DNA of 64,000 bases from an uncultured Trueperaceae bacterium (lineage in GTDB: Bacteria; Deinococcota; Deinococci; Deinococcales; Trueperaceae), in NCBI GenBank assembly GCA_963727505.1, contig CAVSGP010000004.1, forward strand, positions 896,001 through 960,000, read 5' to 3'. Below are positions 9,373 through 18,674 of this stretch, in pieces. The notes below the pieces were generated by a model that was given only the letters and a program-made list of their open reading frames with translations, was not told the origin of the DNA and searched no databases. Positions within the stretch are counted from its first letter, which is position 1; every line of letters starts with the position of its first letter. The position numbers were made by a program, and so were the translations under genes.

Positions 9373-10485
9373 TCAGCGTACCGGAAGTCGGGCGTAGAGC
9401 GCGGTGCCTTGCCCGGGCTCGCTCTCGATCCGCAGGCTTCCGCCGAGCACCTCGAGCCGCTCACGCATCCCCATCAGGCCCACCTGCTCGCCGGGAAGCA
9501 GGGCCCGCTCGTCGAACCCGATCCCGTCGTCCTCCACCACGCACTGGACGTAGCTGTTGTAGGAAGTAACCACCACCGATGCCTGCCGGGCCGAGGCGTG
9601 ACGCACGATGTTCGTCAGCCCCTCCTGGACCACGCGGTAGAGCACGATCTCCTCCTGGTGCTGCAGCCTCGAGGGGAGGTTGACGAGCACGCTCACGTCC
9701 AGGCCGTAGCGCTCGTGGATGTCACGGGCGTAGCGACGGATCCCCGCGTCCAGACCGAGCTCGTCCAGCACCGACGGACGCAGGTCGAGCGCGATGCGCC
9801 GCACGTCGGACAGCGTCACCGACGTGAGCTCCTTCAGGCGCTGCAGGCTCTTGGCGTCGGCGTGGTCGATGTTCTGATCGAGGCCCAGCAAGAGGGCGGT
9901 GAGCGCCTGCCCGATCTGGTCGTGGAGGTCGCGCGAGATCCTGCCCCGCTCCTCCTCCTGCGCGGTCAGGAACGCCTGGAGCAGGCGCGAACGCTGCTGC
10001 TCCTTCTCGGCCAGCCGCTGGTGCAGGTGGGTGTGCTGCAGCGATGCGCGCATGACGTCGACGACCGCGCCGAGGAAGCTTTGCGAGACGTCCTCCCCGC
10101 CCGAGAGCGCCAGCAGCGCGACGTCGTCCACGGGCACCAGCAACCAATCGCCGGTACGCGCCACGTCGCCGTCGGACAATGCCTGTTCCCCCTCGGCGAT
10201 CAGGTCGGGGCGCTTGGGGCAGGCCCGCAGCGGGTCGAAAGGGCACAGCCCCACGGTCACGGTCGCCAAGGGGCGACCGGGTCCTTCCCGCAGGAGCCCC
10301 TCGCCGCAGGTGAACCAGCCCATCTCCAGCAGGGCGGTCAACGAGCGCTCGAGCACCTCCGACGCCTGGACGGTATCGGCGACGGCCTCGGCCAGGACGT
10401 GCAGCGTCTCCAGCTCGCGGGTACGACGACCCGCCTCGTCGAGCGTGCCGGTCATCCGGACCATCGGAAGCACCCGCCTGAGCAT
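9373..10485 (-). CDS. Cytoplasmic HisKA_3 sensor histidine kinase with a GAF-like N-terminus
   Basis: EEERGRISRDLHDQIGQ H-box, QEGLTNIVRHA N-box, DDGIGF, GLMGMRER; no TM segment. Confidence 0.92.
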   Translation of the reverse strand: MLRRVLPMVRMTGTLDEAGRRTRELETLHVLAEAVADTVQASEVLERSLTALLEMGWFTCGEGLLREGPGRPLATVTVGLCPFDPLRACPKRPDLIAEGEQALSDGDVARTGDWLLVPVDDVALLALSGGEDVSQSFLGAVVDVMRASLQHTHLHQRLAEKEQQRSRLLQAFLTAQEEERGRISRDLHDQIGQALTALLLGLDQNIDHADAKSLQRLKELTSVTLSDVRRIALDLRPSVLDELGLDAGIRRYARDIHERYGLDVSVLVNLPSRLQHQEEIVLYRVVQEGLTNIVRHASARQASVVVTSYNSYVQCVVEDDGIGFDERALLPGEQVGLMGMRERLEVLGGSLRIESEPGQGTALYARLPVR

Positions 10486-10503
10486 GTCCCCATCATAGGC
10501 GGC

Positions 10504-11046
10504 CTACCCGGCCGTGGGCACTCCGGCCGGAAGCGTCTCTCCCACAACGGTGGGCTGCGGGCGGACCATCATCACCGGCACGTGCGACCGCCGCAGGACG
10601 GCCTCGGCGACGCTGCCCATGACCAGCCGCTCGAGTCCGCTGCGGCCGTGCGTGGCCATGACCACCATGGCGACGTCCTCGCTCCGTGCCACGTCGATGA
10701 TCTCCCCCGCTGCGTCGCCGAAGCGAACGACCGTCGTCACCGTGAAGCCCGCCTGCGCCAGGAGGTTGACCTCGGGTTCCAGGTTGGCGCGCAGCTCGGC
10801 CTTCAGGCCGTCCCACACCTGGCTCTGGAAGATCGGATGGGTACGGTCCGCGTCCCCCCGGCCCAGCAGCCAGCTGTCGAGCGCCAGCGGGCGCGGAGGA
10901 GGACTGGTCACGCCCTCGGGCGTCGACACGACCCGCAACAGCATCACCGCGTAGGTGCTCGAGTCGAGCAGCGACCGCACGTACGGCAGCACCTGTCGGC
11001 TGAACTCCGAACCGTCCAACGGCACGAGAACCTTCCGGTCGCCCAT
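10504..11046 (-). CDS. Universal stress protein
   Basis: KVLVPLDGS...VVMATHGRSGLERLVMGSVAEAVLR. Confidence 0.92.
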   Translation of the reverse strand: MGDRKVLVPLDGSEFSRQVLPYVRSLLDSSTYAVMLLRVVSTPEGVTSPPPRPLALDSWLLGRGDADRTHPIFQSQVWDGLKAELRANLEPEVNLLAQAGFTVTTVVRFGDAAGEIIDVARSEDVAMVVMATHGRSGLERLVMGSVAEAVLRRSHVPVMMVRPQPTVVGETLPAGVPTAG

Positions 11047-11101
11047 CACGCCACCTCCTCCGGATCCCCCGAAGGTCGGGATGCCACGCGGGGCACCCCG
11101 C

Positions 11102-11551
11102 TCAATCCTCCTGGTCGTGCGTCCGGATCAGCAGGAACGGCTTGCTCGAGCGCCTCAGCGCACCCTCGGCCACCGACCCGAACATCCAGCGGTTGAACCC
11201 GCGCCGGCCGTGGGTCCCCATGATCACCGCGTCGCACTCCGCCTCGGCCTCGTGGATGGCCTGCACCGGATCGCGGTTCTCGACCAGCCGGGTCTCCACC
11301 TTCACGCTGGCCTGCTCGGCCTTCGCCGCCGCGTCGTCGAGCACACCCTGCGCCGCGGTCTTGAGGTCCTCGTAGAGCTGCGCCGAGTAGGGCAGTGTCT
11401 CCGGTGTGGCGTAGCCCGTGGTCAGTGGATTCTCCAGCACATGCAGGAACAGCACCTCGGAGCCGAGGCGCCGGGCGAGGTCGAGCCCGTGCTCGATCGC
11501 GTGGTTGGCGCATGCGCTCCCGTCGGTCGGCATCAGGATCTTCTGGTACAT
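11102..11551 (-). CDS. Universal stress protein
   Basis: MYQKILMPTDGS...IMGTHGRRGFNRWMFGSVAEG; AAGGAGG RBS. Confidence 0.95.
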   Translation of the reverse strand: MYQKILMPTDGSACANHAIEHGLDLARRLGSEVLFLHVLENPLTTGYATPETLPYSAQLYEDLKTAAQGVLDDAAAKAEQASVKVETRLVENRDPVQAIHEAEAECDAVIMGTHGRRGFNRWMFGSVAEGALRRSSKPFLLIRTHDQED

Positions 11552-11987
11552 GGCTCCGGCCTCCTTGCGAACCGCACACAGCGCGGCCTTGGCGACCGCC
11601 CTCGAGTTCAGCCTAGGGAGGCGCTCCCACGGCTCCATCCTGGATTGTGCCGACGCCCGTGTCGGAGTTTTCCCGACGCGACCCCTCGGAGGTCCATGCT
11701 CGACTAGGAGAGGATCGAGGAGTGCGGCCGCGCCGCACCCGACAGCCCGACGCCCCAGCGCTCCTCACCCATGGTCACCGTGACCTACCCCCGGCAACCC
11801 GCGGTCACGGTGGCCACCCTTCGCAGGTGTCCGGCGCGCCGATCCCGGCCGCCGGATGCCGCCTAGGGCGTCCCTTCCGGGGACGGGGCATCGCCGCTGG
11901 CACCTGAAGGGCGCCGTGGACGATCCCCAGCGCGTTCCCGCGGTCCTCGGCGTTCGGGTCCACCGGGCGCACCCCATGGGAGGCCGT

Positions 11988-12191
11988 ATGATCGCCGTCG
12001 CCTGCCCCATCTGCGAAGCCGTCATCGAGCTCGAGGATCCCGTCCTGGACGCGACGCTGGCCTGCCCCGATTGCGGTGAGGAGTGGCGTTTGGCCGCCCT
12101 CGACCCGCCCGAGCTCGTCTACGCCCGGGACATGGAGGAAGAGATCGCCATCGAGCCCGACGAGGACCACCCCCGGCAGAGTCCCGCCTGA
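11988..12191 (+). CDS. LysW/ArgW-like acidic zinc-ribbon protein lacking the C-terminal EDWGE motif
   Basis: CPIC...CPDCG..W.L..LDPPEL pattern; GGAGG RBS. Confidence 0.65.
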   Translation: MIAVACPICEAVIELEDPVLDATLACPDCGEEWRLAALDPPELVYARDMEEEIAIEPDEDHPRQSPA

Positions 12192-12278
12192 CCCCTTCGT
12201 TCGCTCCGACGTCGCGCGGGGGCGTCCATCAGGGACGCCCCCGCGTTCGATGCCGCAGCGCGCCGTTCGCGCGTCCGG

Positions 12279-12833
12279 TCAGTCGTCGGCCACCGGCCGT
12301 CCGGCGTCCCCGCCTGCGCCCACCACGGACGCCTCGAGGCGATCGGCGATGTGCGTTGCCCACGCCTCGACCCGCGCGAAGTTGCGGAAGTCCCCGCTCA
12401 CCCCCCGCATCGAGCGGTTGATCAACCAGTCCTGCAAGTTGAGCGCGTCGGGATCGATCTTGCCGGCGAAGAGCGCGATGTCGAGGGGCCGCACCACCGC
12501 CACCAGGCCACGGAGCTCCTCGGGATAGACCCAGCCCCCCAGCGCTTCGACCGGGTCGCCCGGCACGGTAGGTCCGCTGGAGAAGAGCCACACCGGAAGC
12601 GCGCTCAGATCCTCCTGGAAGCTCTCGAGCAGCTCGCGGGCGTCCTCGAGCCAACCACCGGAGTAGAGCGCACTGCCCAGCACCACAGCGCGGTAGCCCT
12701 CCAGGCGCGCGACTTCCGCCGCAGCCCGGACGTCCACGGCGCTGCCACGTTCCTGCAGCACCCGCCCGATCGTCTCGGCGATCTCCCGGGTAGCTCCATA
12801 GCGGCTGGCGTACGCGATGAGGATCGGCACCAA
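12279..12833 (-). CDS. Flavodoxin-domain protein (HemG-like)
   Basis: ILIAYASRYGATREIA, VVLGSALY, VWLFSSGP, GDFRN. Confidence 0.85.
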   Translation of the reverse strand: MVPILIAYASRYGATREIAETIGRVLQERGSAVDVRAAAEVARLEGYRAVVLGSALYSGGWLEDARELLESFQEDLSALPVWLFSSGPTVPGDPVEALGGWVYPEELRGLVAVVRPLDIALFAGKIDPDALNLQDWLINRSMRGVSGDFRNFARVEAWATHIADRLEASVVGAGGDAGRPVADD

Positions 12834-12960
12834 GCACCTCCACGCTCCAACGAAGGTCGCGTCTCCCCGAAGGTAGTGCCCCGAGCGGCGCCTCCCCAGG
12901 GCGAATCATCCGACACCGCTGTAGGATTTTGCCGGACGCTCGCGGAGGACCCGCGCCGGC

Positions 12961-13275
12961 TCAGCCCTGCTCGTCCAGCACGTCCTCCAACCAGGTCATG
13001 GCGCGCATCATCGCGGGGAAGCCGAGGGTGGTCGTCGCCTGCAGCACGGCGTGCTTCAGCTCGTCGGCACTCACACCGGCCTTCAAGGCGCGGCGCGCAT
13101 GGCTGTGCAGGGCTCCCTCGTGCGCGGCTCCCACGGCGAGCGCGAACTTCACCAGGCGCTGCTCGCGCTCGCTCAACGGACCCGCATCGGTCGCGGCCTG
13201 GCCGAGGCTCTCATAGGCTCCGACGACGTCGGGATAGCGCTGCTTGAGGCGTTCGTACGGCTTGGGAAGGCTCAT
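12961..13275 (-). CDS. Carboxymuconolactone decarboxylase (CMD/AhpD-like) family protein, no Cys
   Basis: GPLSEREQRLVKFALAVGA...ALHSHARRALKAG...TTLGFP. Confidence 0.85.
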   Translation of the reverse strand: MSLPKPYERLKQRYPDVVGAYESLGQAATDAGPLSEREQRLVKFALAVGAAHEGALHSHARRALKAGVSADELKHAVLQATTTLGFPAMMRAMTWLEDVLDEQG

Positions 13276-13422
13276 TGGGCTCCTCTCTCGGTTCCGGGGC
13301 GGCAGGTCGGCCGCTTGCCGGCCCTGCCCGGCGGTGGGCGACGAGGCGGTGGGCGAACCGCCGCGGCGACCGTGCAACGCGACGTTCACGTTCCATGCTA
13401 CTCGCGCGCCCGGCACGACAGT

Positions 13423-13457
13423 GGGCGGGGCCCGAAGCGTTCGCCCGGGCCCCGCCC
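13423..13457. terminator. Hairpin downstream of the rhodanese gene
   Basis: GGGCGGGGCCCG...CGGGCCCCGCCC. Confidence 0.55.
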
Positions 13458-13481
13458 TCCTCGGTCCCGCTGCTCGAAGCG

Positions 13482-13931
13482 CTAGTGCGCGACCGGAAGA
13501 CCGGCGCTGGTCCAGGCACCCAACCCGCCGGCGATGTTCTTGACGTTCGAGTAGCCGAGCATCTTGAGGTACAGCGTGCCGTAGAAGCCACGCGTGCCGG
13601 CGGCGCAGTACACCAGGATCGGCTCGTCGAGGTTCGCCGGGAGCTTGTCCAGGCTGTTCGCGAGGTCCGTGATCGGCACCAGCACCGCGCCCTGGATGTA
13701 GCCGTTCTGGTCCCACTCGCTCTGGTTACGCACGTCGAGGAGGAAGGGCTGGATGGCGTCGATCTGCTGCAGCGCCGCCTCCGGCTGGACCTGCAACCAG
13801 CCGGCCTGGCTGGCCTCGGCGATGACCTTGGCGAACGCTTCGGAGCCAGGCGTCGGGGCGGGTCCCTGCGCGAAGGCGGGGAGCATCGCAAGGAAGGTGA
13901 AGGCGGCAAGCGTGGCGAGGATGCGTTTCAT
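13482..13931 (-). CDS. Exported single-domain rhodanese (Sud-like polysulfide sulfurtransferase candidate)
   Basis: Sec signal ending AFAQ; LLDVR, active-site loop CAAGTRG, NIAGGLGAW. Confidence 0.85.
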   Translation of the reverse strand: MKRILATLAAFTFLAMLPAFAQGPAPTPGSEAFAKVIAEASQAGWLQVQPEAALQQIDAIQPFLLDVRNQSEWDQNGYIQGAVLVPITDLANSLDKLPANLDEPILVYCAAGTRGFYGTLYLKMLGYSNVKNIAGGLGAWTSAGLPVAH

Positions 13932-14044
13932 GACAGGTGTTCTCCCTTCTCTAGGGGTTCGAACCCCCATTGGAGCCGATGGGTGGGGTCGGACCCGTAC
14001 GGGGCCCGGGTGTTGCGCGGCCCGCTGGGAGCGGGCGGCGCGGG

Positions 14045-14851
14045 TCACGACAAGGGCGGCATGAACGCTCCGATCTCGACCAGCAACGTGCGGGCGAGGA
14101 CCGCGCCGGCCACCACCAGCACGCCAGCGAGCGCCGGGTAGCGGCGGAGCAGGGCGGGCCCCAGCAGCATGGCCGCGAGCGCGGCGACGAACAGCGTGCC
14201 GCCCTCATGCCAGAGGTGGGCCAGGCCTTCGCGCGCCGCCAGCCCGCCGGTGGCGAGCCCGACCAGGTAGAGGCCGCCCAGCAGGGCTCCGGCGAGGCCC
14301 AGGACTGCCACCGCGGGGCGCAGATCGGTCTGCCGGAAGAGCAGAGCCAGCCCCCAGGCCAGCAGCAGGCCGGTGACCGGCATGAAGGCGAGCAGCAGCG
14401 GTGTCCACAGCGGCCGAGCGCTGTTGGCGGCCAACGCCAGCCCGGGATAGAGCAGCGCCATCGTCGAGGTCAAGACCAGCAGCGCACCCCACAGACGGCG
14501 CGGGCCCCAGCCGAACGCCAGCAGCAGCCCGAGAACGGCCGACCCGGCCAACCCCCACGCCCCCCACCAGATGGCAGACGCGGGCCGGATGCTCAGGAAC
14601 AGGTAGACGTGGGTCAAGCGCCAGCGCGCCAGCGACTCGGCCCACAGCACCACCATGTCCAGGGCGATGAACCCCACCGAGAGAGCGGGCAGGCGCCAGC
14701 CCAGGCGGCCGCGACCGAGCGCGCGGTAGGCGACCAGCAAGGCCACCCCGCCGGCCAGCGCCACCAGGCAGAAGTGCAGCAGCGTCGGCCAGTGCCAGAA
14801 GGCACCGTCGTTGACCGCGCCGTAGAAGGTCGTCACAGGATCTCCCGTCAC
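14045..14851 (-). CDS. psrC: Polysulfide reductase membrane anchor (NrfD family)
   Basis: FYG...FWHW...LHF..VALAGG, LWAES, SAIWWGAWGL, YPGLALA, RPLW closely resemble Thermus PsrC; alternative GTG start at 14836. Confidence 0.88.
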   Translation of the reverse strand: MTGDPVTTFYGAVNDGAFWHWPTLLHFCLVALAGGVALLVAYRALGRGRLGWRLPALSVGFIALDMVVLWAESLARWRLTHVYLFLSIRPASAIWWGAWGLAGSAVLGLLLAFGWGPRRLWGALLVLTSTMALLYPGLALAANSARPLWTPLLLAFMPVTGLLLAWGLALLFRQTDLRPAVAVLGLAGALLGGLYLVGLATGGLAAREGLAHLWHEGGTLFVAALAAMLLGPALLRRYPALAGVLVVAGAVLARTLLVEIGAFMPPLS

Positions 14852-15429
14852 CGCAGCACCCCCTCACGCGTGAGCCCGAAGCGGGCGGGAGCGTTCAGGT
14901 ACACAAGCTTCGGGTGTGTGCCCTGCTCGGGCTTGAGCACCTCGACCCGGTCGGCGGCGCGGATGGCCCGACTCACATCGCTTCCGGGGTCGTCCAGGTC
15001 GCCGAAGGTGCGGCACAGGGTGGGGCAGGTCTCCACGCAGGCGGGCATACGCCCTTCGGCCAGCCGGTGCTCGCAGAAGGTGCACTTGCCGACGAAGCCG
15101 CGCTCATCGAAGTAACGCGCTCCGTAGGGACACGCGGCGATGCACGCGCCGCAGGCGATGCAGGTCTCGGCATCCACCAGCACGATGCCGTCGTCGTTGA
15201 CGTGGCTGGCACCGGTCGGGCAGACCCCGACGCAGGGCGGGTCGGCACACTGCATGCACTGCTCCGGGCGGTACTGCATGGCGAGATCGGGGAAGGTGCC
15301 CGACTCCTCGAGCCGGATCCACAAGCGACTCACCCCGGCCGGGACCTGATTCTCGAGCTTGCAGGCGACGGCGCACGCGGCGCACCCGACGCAGGACGCC
15401 AGATCGATCGCCATGGCGTAGCGGGCCAT
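14848..15429 (-). CDS. psrB: Polysulfide reductase 4x[4Fe-4S] subunit
   Basis: CVGCAACAVAC, CMQCADPPCVGVCP, CIACGACIAACP, KCTFC...CVETCP. Confidence 0.92.
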   Translation of the reverse strand: MARYAMAIDLASCVGCAACAVACKLENQVPAGVSRLWIRLEESGTFPDLAMQYRPEQCMQCADPPCVGVCPTGASHVNDDGIVLVDAETCIACGACIAACPYGARYFDERGFVGKCTFCEHRLAEGRMPACVETCPTLCRTFGDLDDPGSDVSRAIRAADRVEVLKPEQGTHPKLVYLNAPARFGLTREGVLR

Positions 15430-17735
15430 CACACGCTCCTCTCGGCCAGCTTGCTGAGGCGCGGCAACCTCGGCCGCGGCGCACCTGGCACGAGCTTGAC
15501 GAAGGTCACGTGCATCCCAGCGCCGCCCGAGATCGGGTCGAGCCGGTAGTGGCTCATGAGGGCGGTATCGGACGCGCCGCGGCCGTTCGCCACCTTCATG
15601 TCGGGAGCGCGGTGGCCGAACCCGTGCACCATGTAGACGCAATCGCGGCGCAGCCGCTCGGTCGCGAAGACGGCGATCGGGCCGTCACGCACGCCGTCCT
15701 GATTCTCCAGCCAGACGTAGTCGCCGCTCTTCAACCCCAGTGCGGCCGCCTCCGCGTTGTGGATCCACACGGCGTTCTCGCTGTGCATCTCCATCAGCAC
15801 CCAGTTGTTCTGCGTCTTGGCGAAGGTGTGCACGGGACTGCGGCCGTAGAGCAGGCGGTAGCTTCCGGCCGGGCCCTCCTCGGGCGGCTCGTACACCGGC
15901 ATCGGGTCGAAGCCTGCGTCGGCGAACGTCTGCGAGTACAGCTCGATCTTGCCCGAAGGCGTGCCGAAGGGGTCGAGGTTGCGTTGCTCCCAGTCGGCGA
16001 GGTACGGGCGCCCGCGCTGCACCAGGGTGCCCGCCTTCTTCGCCTTGGCGAGGCTCGAGCCGATGCTGCTCAGGCGCTTGTCGAGGTAGGACTCGATGTC
16101 CGGCCAGTCGAAGTACGCCTCGAGACCCAGCCTGAGCCCCAGCTCCCGCGCGATCCACCACCCCGGCTTGGTGTCCCAAAGGGGCTCCACCGCCGGTTGT
16201 CGCAACTCGATGAAGGGAGTCTTGTGCGCGATCTCGACCAGATCGTCGTAGCGCTCGAGGTAGGTGGCCTCCGGCAGGATGACGTCGGCCCACATCACGT
16301 GGTCCATGGGGAGCACGTCGATAGCAACGTAGAGGTCGAGCTTCTTGAGCGCCTCCTGGGTTCGGGCCACGTTCGGGATGGAGTGGAACAGGTTCACGCC
16401 GTAGGCGATCAGGCCGGCGATGCGGTAGGGCTCACCGGTGATCATGGGCGGGATGAGCTCCTGCACCGCCGTGGTCTTCGCGAAGAACATGCCGTGATCG
16501 ACCGAGGCGCGGTAGCCCGTGTCGATCGTCTCGCCGCCGGAAGCGCCCGAGCAGCCGCCGGCGGCGGGTTCGAGCGGGAACGCGGCGTGCGGATACTTCT
16601 CGATGTAGGGCGGTTGCGCGAAGTAGAAGCCACCCTCCACGCCGTAGTTGCCAAGCAGCACGTTGACCAGGTAGAGCGCCCGCATGCGCTGGGTGTCGTT
16701 CCCGTACCAGACCGTGTGCCGGCCCGGAGGCACCACCGCGCGCGGTGCGTGCGCGGCGAGCTCGCGAGCGACGGCACGGATCACGTCCGCATCGAGATCG
16801 GTGACGTTCGCCGCCCACTCCGGCGTGAACGTCTGCACGTGCTCCGTCAACTTGTCGATCCCGACGGTATAGCGCTCGACGTACGCCTTGTCGTAGAGCC
16901 CCTCGGTGATCAGCACGTGGAGCCAGGCGAGCAGCAGGGCGGTGTCGGTGCCGGGCCTGATGGGCAGCCAGCGGTCGGCCTTCGAGGCCGCCACCGAGAA
17001 GCGCGGATCGACGACCACCAGCTTCGCCCCGCGCTTGAGCGCGAGGCTGAAGTCCTGGAGCTGGGTGTTGTGGGTGTCCTCGCCGATATGGTGCCCGACG
17101 AGGACCATGTAGTCCGTGTTCTCCCAGTCGATCGGCTCGTGGCCGCCGATGCCGCGCCCGAACGTCCACTGAGCGGCCGTCTCGCGCGGGCCCGTGCACA
17201 GCGACACCGACGGTTTGCCGACGTTGGGAGTGGCCCATGCCGCCGGGAGGTACTCGCCGAACCAGGTGTCACCGCTGCCGTGCGCGAAGAACGCCATCGA
17301 CTCGCTGCCGTAGCGCTCCTTGATCGCGAGCATGCCGGAAGCGATGACCGCGAGGGCCTCGTCCCACGTAGCCTCCCGGTACTTGCCGTCGCCGCGCTCG
17401 GTGCCCTCCATGCGGATCAAGGGGCGCTTCAGGCGGTCGGGATCGTAGGTCTGCGCCACCGCACCCTGACCCCGCGGGCACAGGCGGCCGCGGGACTTCG
17501 GGTTCTGCTCGTAGCCGTCGACCTTCCACACCCGGCCGTCGGCCACCGAAGCGCGAACGCCGCACTTCCAGAAGCAGTTCTCGCAGTAGGTGAGGACGGT
17601 GCTGACGTCGCCGTCGTACCAGGCCTTCGGCGCCCGCGCCAACGGGTTGGGCAGCTTGAGGGCCTGCGTCTCCGAGGCCACCATCAGCGCGCCCACCGAA
17701 GCGGCGGACAGCTTGAGAAACTCACGCCGTTTCAT
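15429..17735 (-). CDS. psrA: Polysulfide/thiosulfate reductase Mo-bisPGD catalytic subunit
   Basis: Tat signal KRREFLK; CENCFWKC...C Fe-S motif; KPSVSLCT Mo-ligand Cys; GRSPVHTFAKTQNN. Confidence 0.92.
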   Translation of the reverse strand: MKRREFLKLSAASVGALMVASETQALKLPNPLARAPKAWYDGDVSTVLTYCENCFWKCGVRASVADGRVWKVDGYEQNPKSRGRLCPRGQGAVAQTYDPDRLKRPLIRMEGTERGDGKYREATWDEALAVIASGMLAIKERYGSESMAFFAHGSGDTWFGEYLPAAWATPNVGKPSVSLCTGPRETAAQWTFGRGIGGHEPIDWENTDYMVLVGHHIGEDTHNTQLQDFSLALKRGAKLVVVDPRFSVAASKADRWLPIRPGTDTALLLAWLHVLITEGLYDKAYVERYTVGIDKLTEHVQTFTPEWAANVTDLDADVIRAVARELAAHAPRAVVPPGRHTVWYGNDTQRMRALYLVNVLLGNYGVEGGFYFAQPPYIEKYPHAAFPLEPAAGGCSGASGGETIDTGYRASVDHGMFFAKTTAVQELIPPMITGEPYRIAGLIAYGVNLFHSIPNVARTQEALKKLDLYVAIDVLPMDHVMWADVILPEATYLERYDDLVEIAHKTPFIELRQPAVEPLWDTKPGWWIARELGLRLGLEAYFDWPDIESYLDKRLSSIGSSLAKAKKAGTLVQRGRPYLADWEQRNLDPFGTPSGKIELYSQTFADAGFDPMPVYEPPEEGPAGSYRLLYGRSPVHTFAKTQNNWVLMEMHSENAVWIHNAEAAALGLKSGDYVWLENQDGVRDGPIAVFATERLRRDCVYMVHGFGHRAPDMKVANGRGASDTALMSHYRLDPISGGAGMHVTFVKLVPGAPRPRLPRLSKLAERSV

Positions 17736-18337
17736 ACTCTGGGGGCCACCTCCTTCAGGACCGACCGTAGGAAGCGGCTCATCTCACCGTAGAAACCGCT
17801 GTCATCGGCCTCCGACACGGCGTCGGCGAAGCGCGCGAACCAGGCGGACAGGTACGTCGACGCCACCGCCGCCGCGGCGCCGACGCGTCCGCGCTCGAGC
17901 AGTAGCTCGACCGCCTCCGCCACGGCCGCGACGTGATCGGGCAGCTCGCGCCATTCCGGACGGACGCGCAACCCCAGCGACTCCAGGTCGGAGCGCAGGC
18001 GCTGCACGCTGGGACCCAGCAGCTCGGCGTCGCGCGCCAGCCCCACGTAGGGGGGTGCGGGAACGCCGCCGGCACGGCTCACGAAGAGCGCGACGTAGGC
18101 GGTGCGCAGCGTGTCGAAATCGGGCGGCGCGTGCGGGCCGCGCGGCTCCTCGAGGCCGGCATAGTGCGCCAAGGCGTCGGTGACGCTCCGCAGGCGTCCG
18201 CTGACGAGGTCGTCGCGCAGCCCCTCGCCCGGCGAGCGGTAGAGGGCGGCCACGACCTGGCAGGCCGCCGCCAGAGCGTCCGCCGATCGATCGCCGTAGA
18301 CGGGTCCCTGCGGGTCCAGCGAGTTCAAGACCTCCAT
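17732..18337 (-). CDS. TorD/DmsD family molybdoenzyme maturation chaperone
   Basis: YVALF...PAPPY and ELPDHVAAVAE motifs; directly upstream of psrA; GGAGG RBS. Confidence 0.85.
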   Translation of the reverse strand: MEVLNSLDPQGPVYGDRSADALAAACQVVAALYRSPGEGLRDDLVSGRLRSVTDALAHYAGLEEPRGPHAPPDFDTLRTAYVALFVSRAGGVPAPPYVGLARDAELLGPSVQRLRSDLESLGLRVRPEWRELPDHVAAVAEAVELLLERGRVGAAAAVASTYLSAWFARFADAVSEADDSGFYGEMSRFLRSVLKEVAPRV

Positions 18338-18674
18338 CAACACGACCTCCCCAGTCGCTTCAACGCTAGGGCCGAGGTCGGGTAGGGCCAAGGGCAAAAC
18401 GTCCCCTACGGCATCGCTCGATCCCAGGGGCATCGAGAAGGCCGTCCCGACGCCGCTCGGCGGCGGCGCCAGGCGAGCGTCCGAATGCCGGAGGACGCGG
18501 GAAGCGCCGAGGTTCCTATGAATCCCGAAAGGACATTCTTACCTGTACCCTGCCTCCCGACCCCACCTAGCATGAGCCGAGGGTGTCCTGCGCGAGAGCT
18601 TTCCTCCACGACCACGGCGCGGGTTGCGCCCGTCGGGCCGGCCCGCAGCGGCCGCCCCGGGGGAGAGGCTCGAC

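Noticed and set aside
11988..12191. Calling this gene lysW
   Set aside because: Lacks the essential C-terminal EDWGE and has no lysine-pathway neighbours
15429..17735. Arsenate, nitrate or DMSO reductase assignment
   Set aside because: Cys Mo-ligand context and the NrfD subunit match the Thermus PsrABC type; the exact sulfur substrate remains unproven
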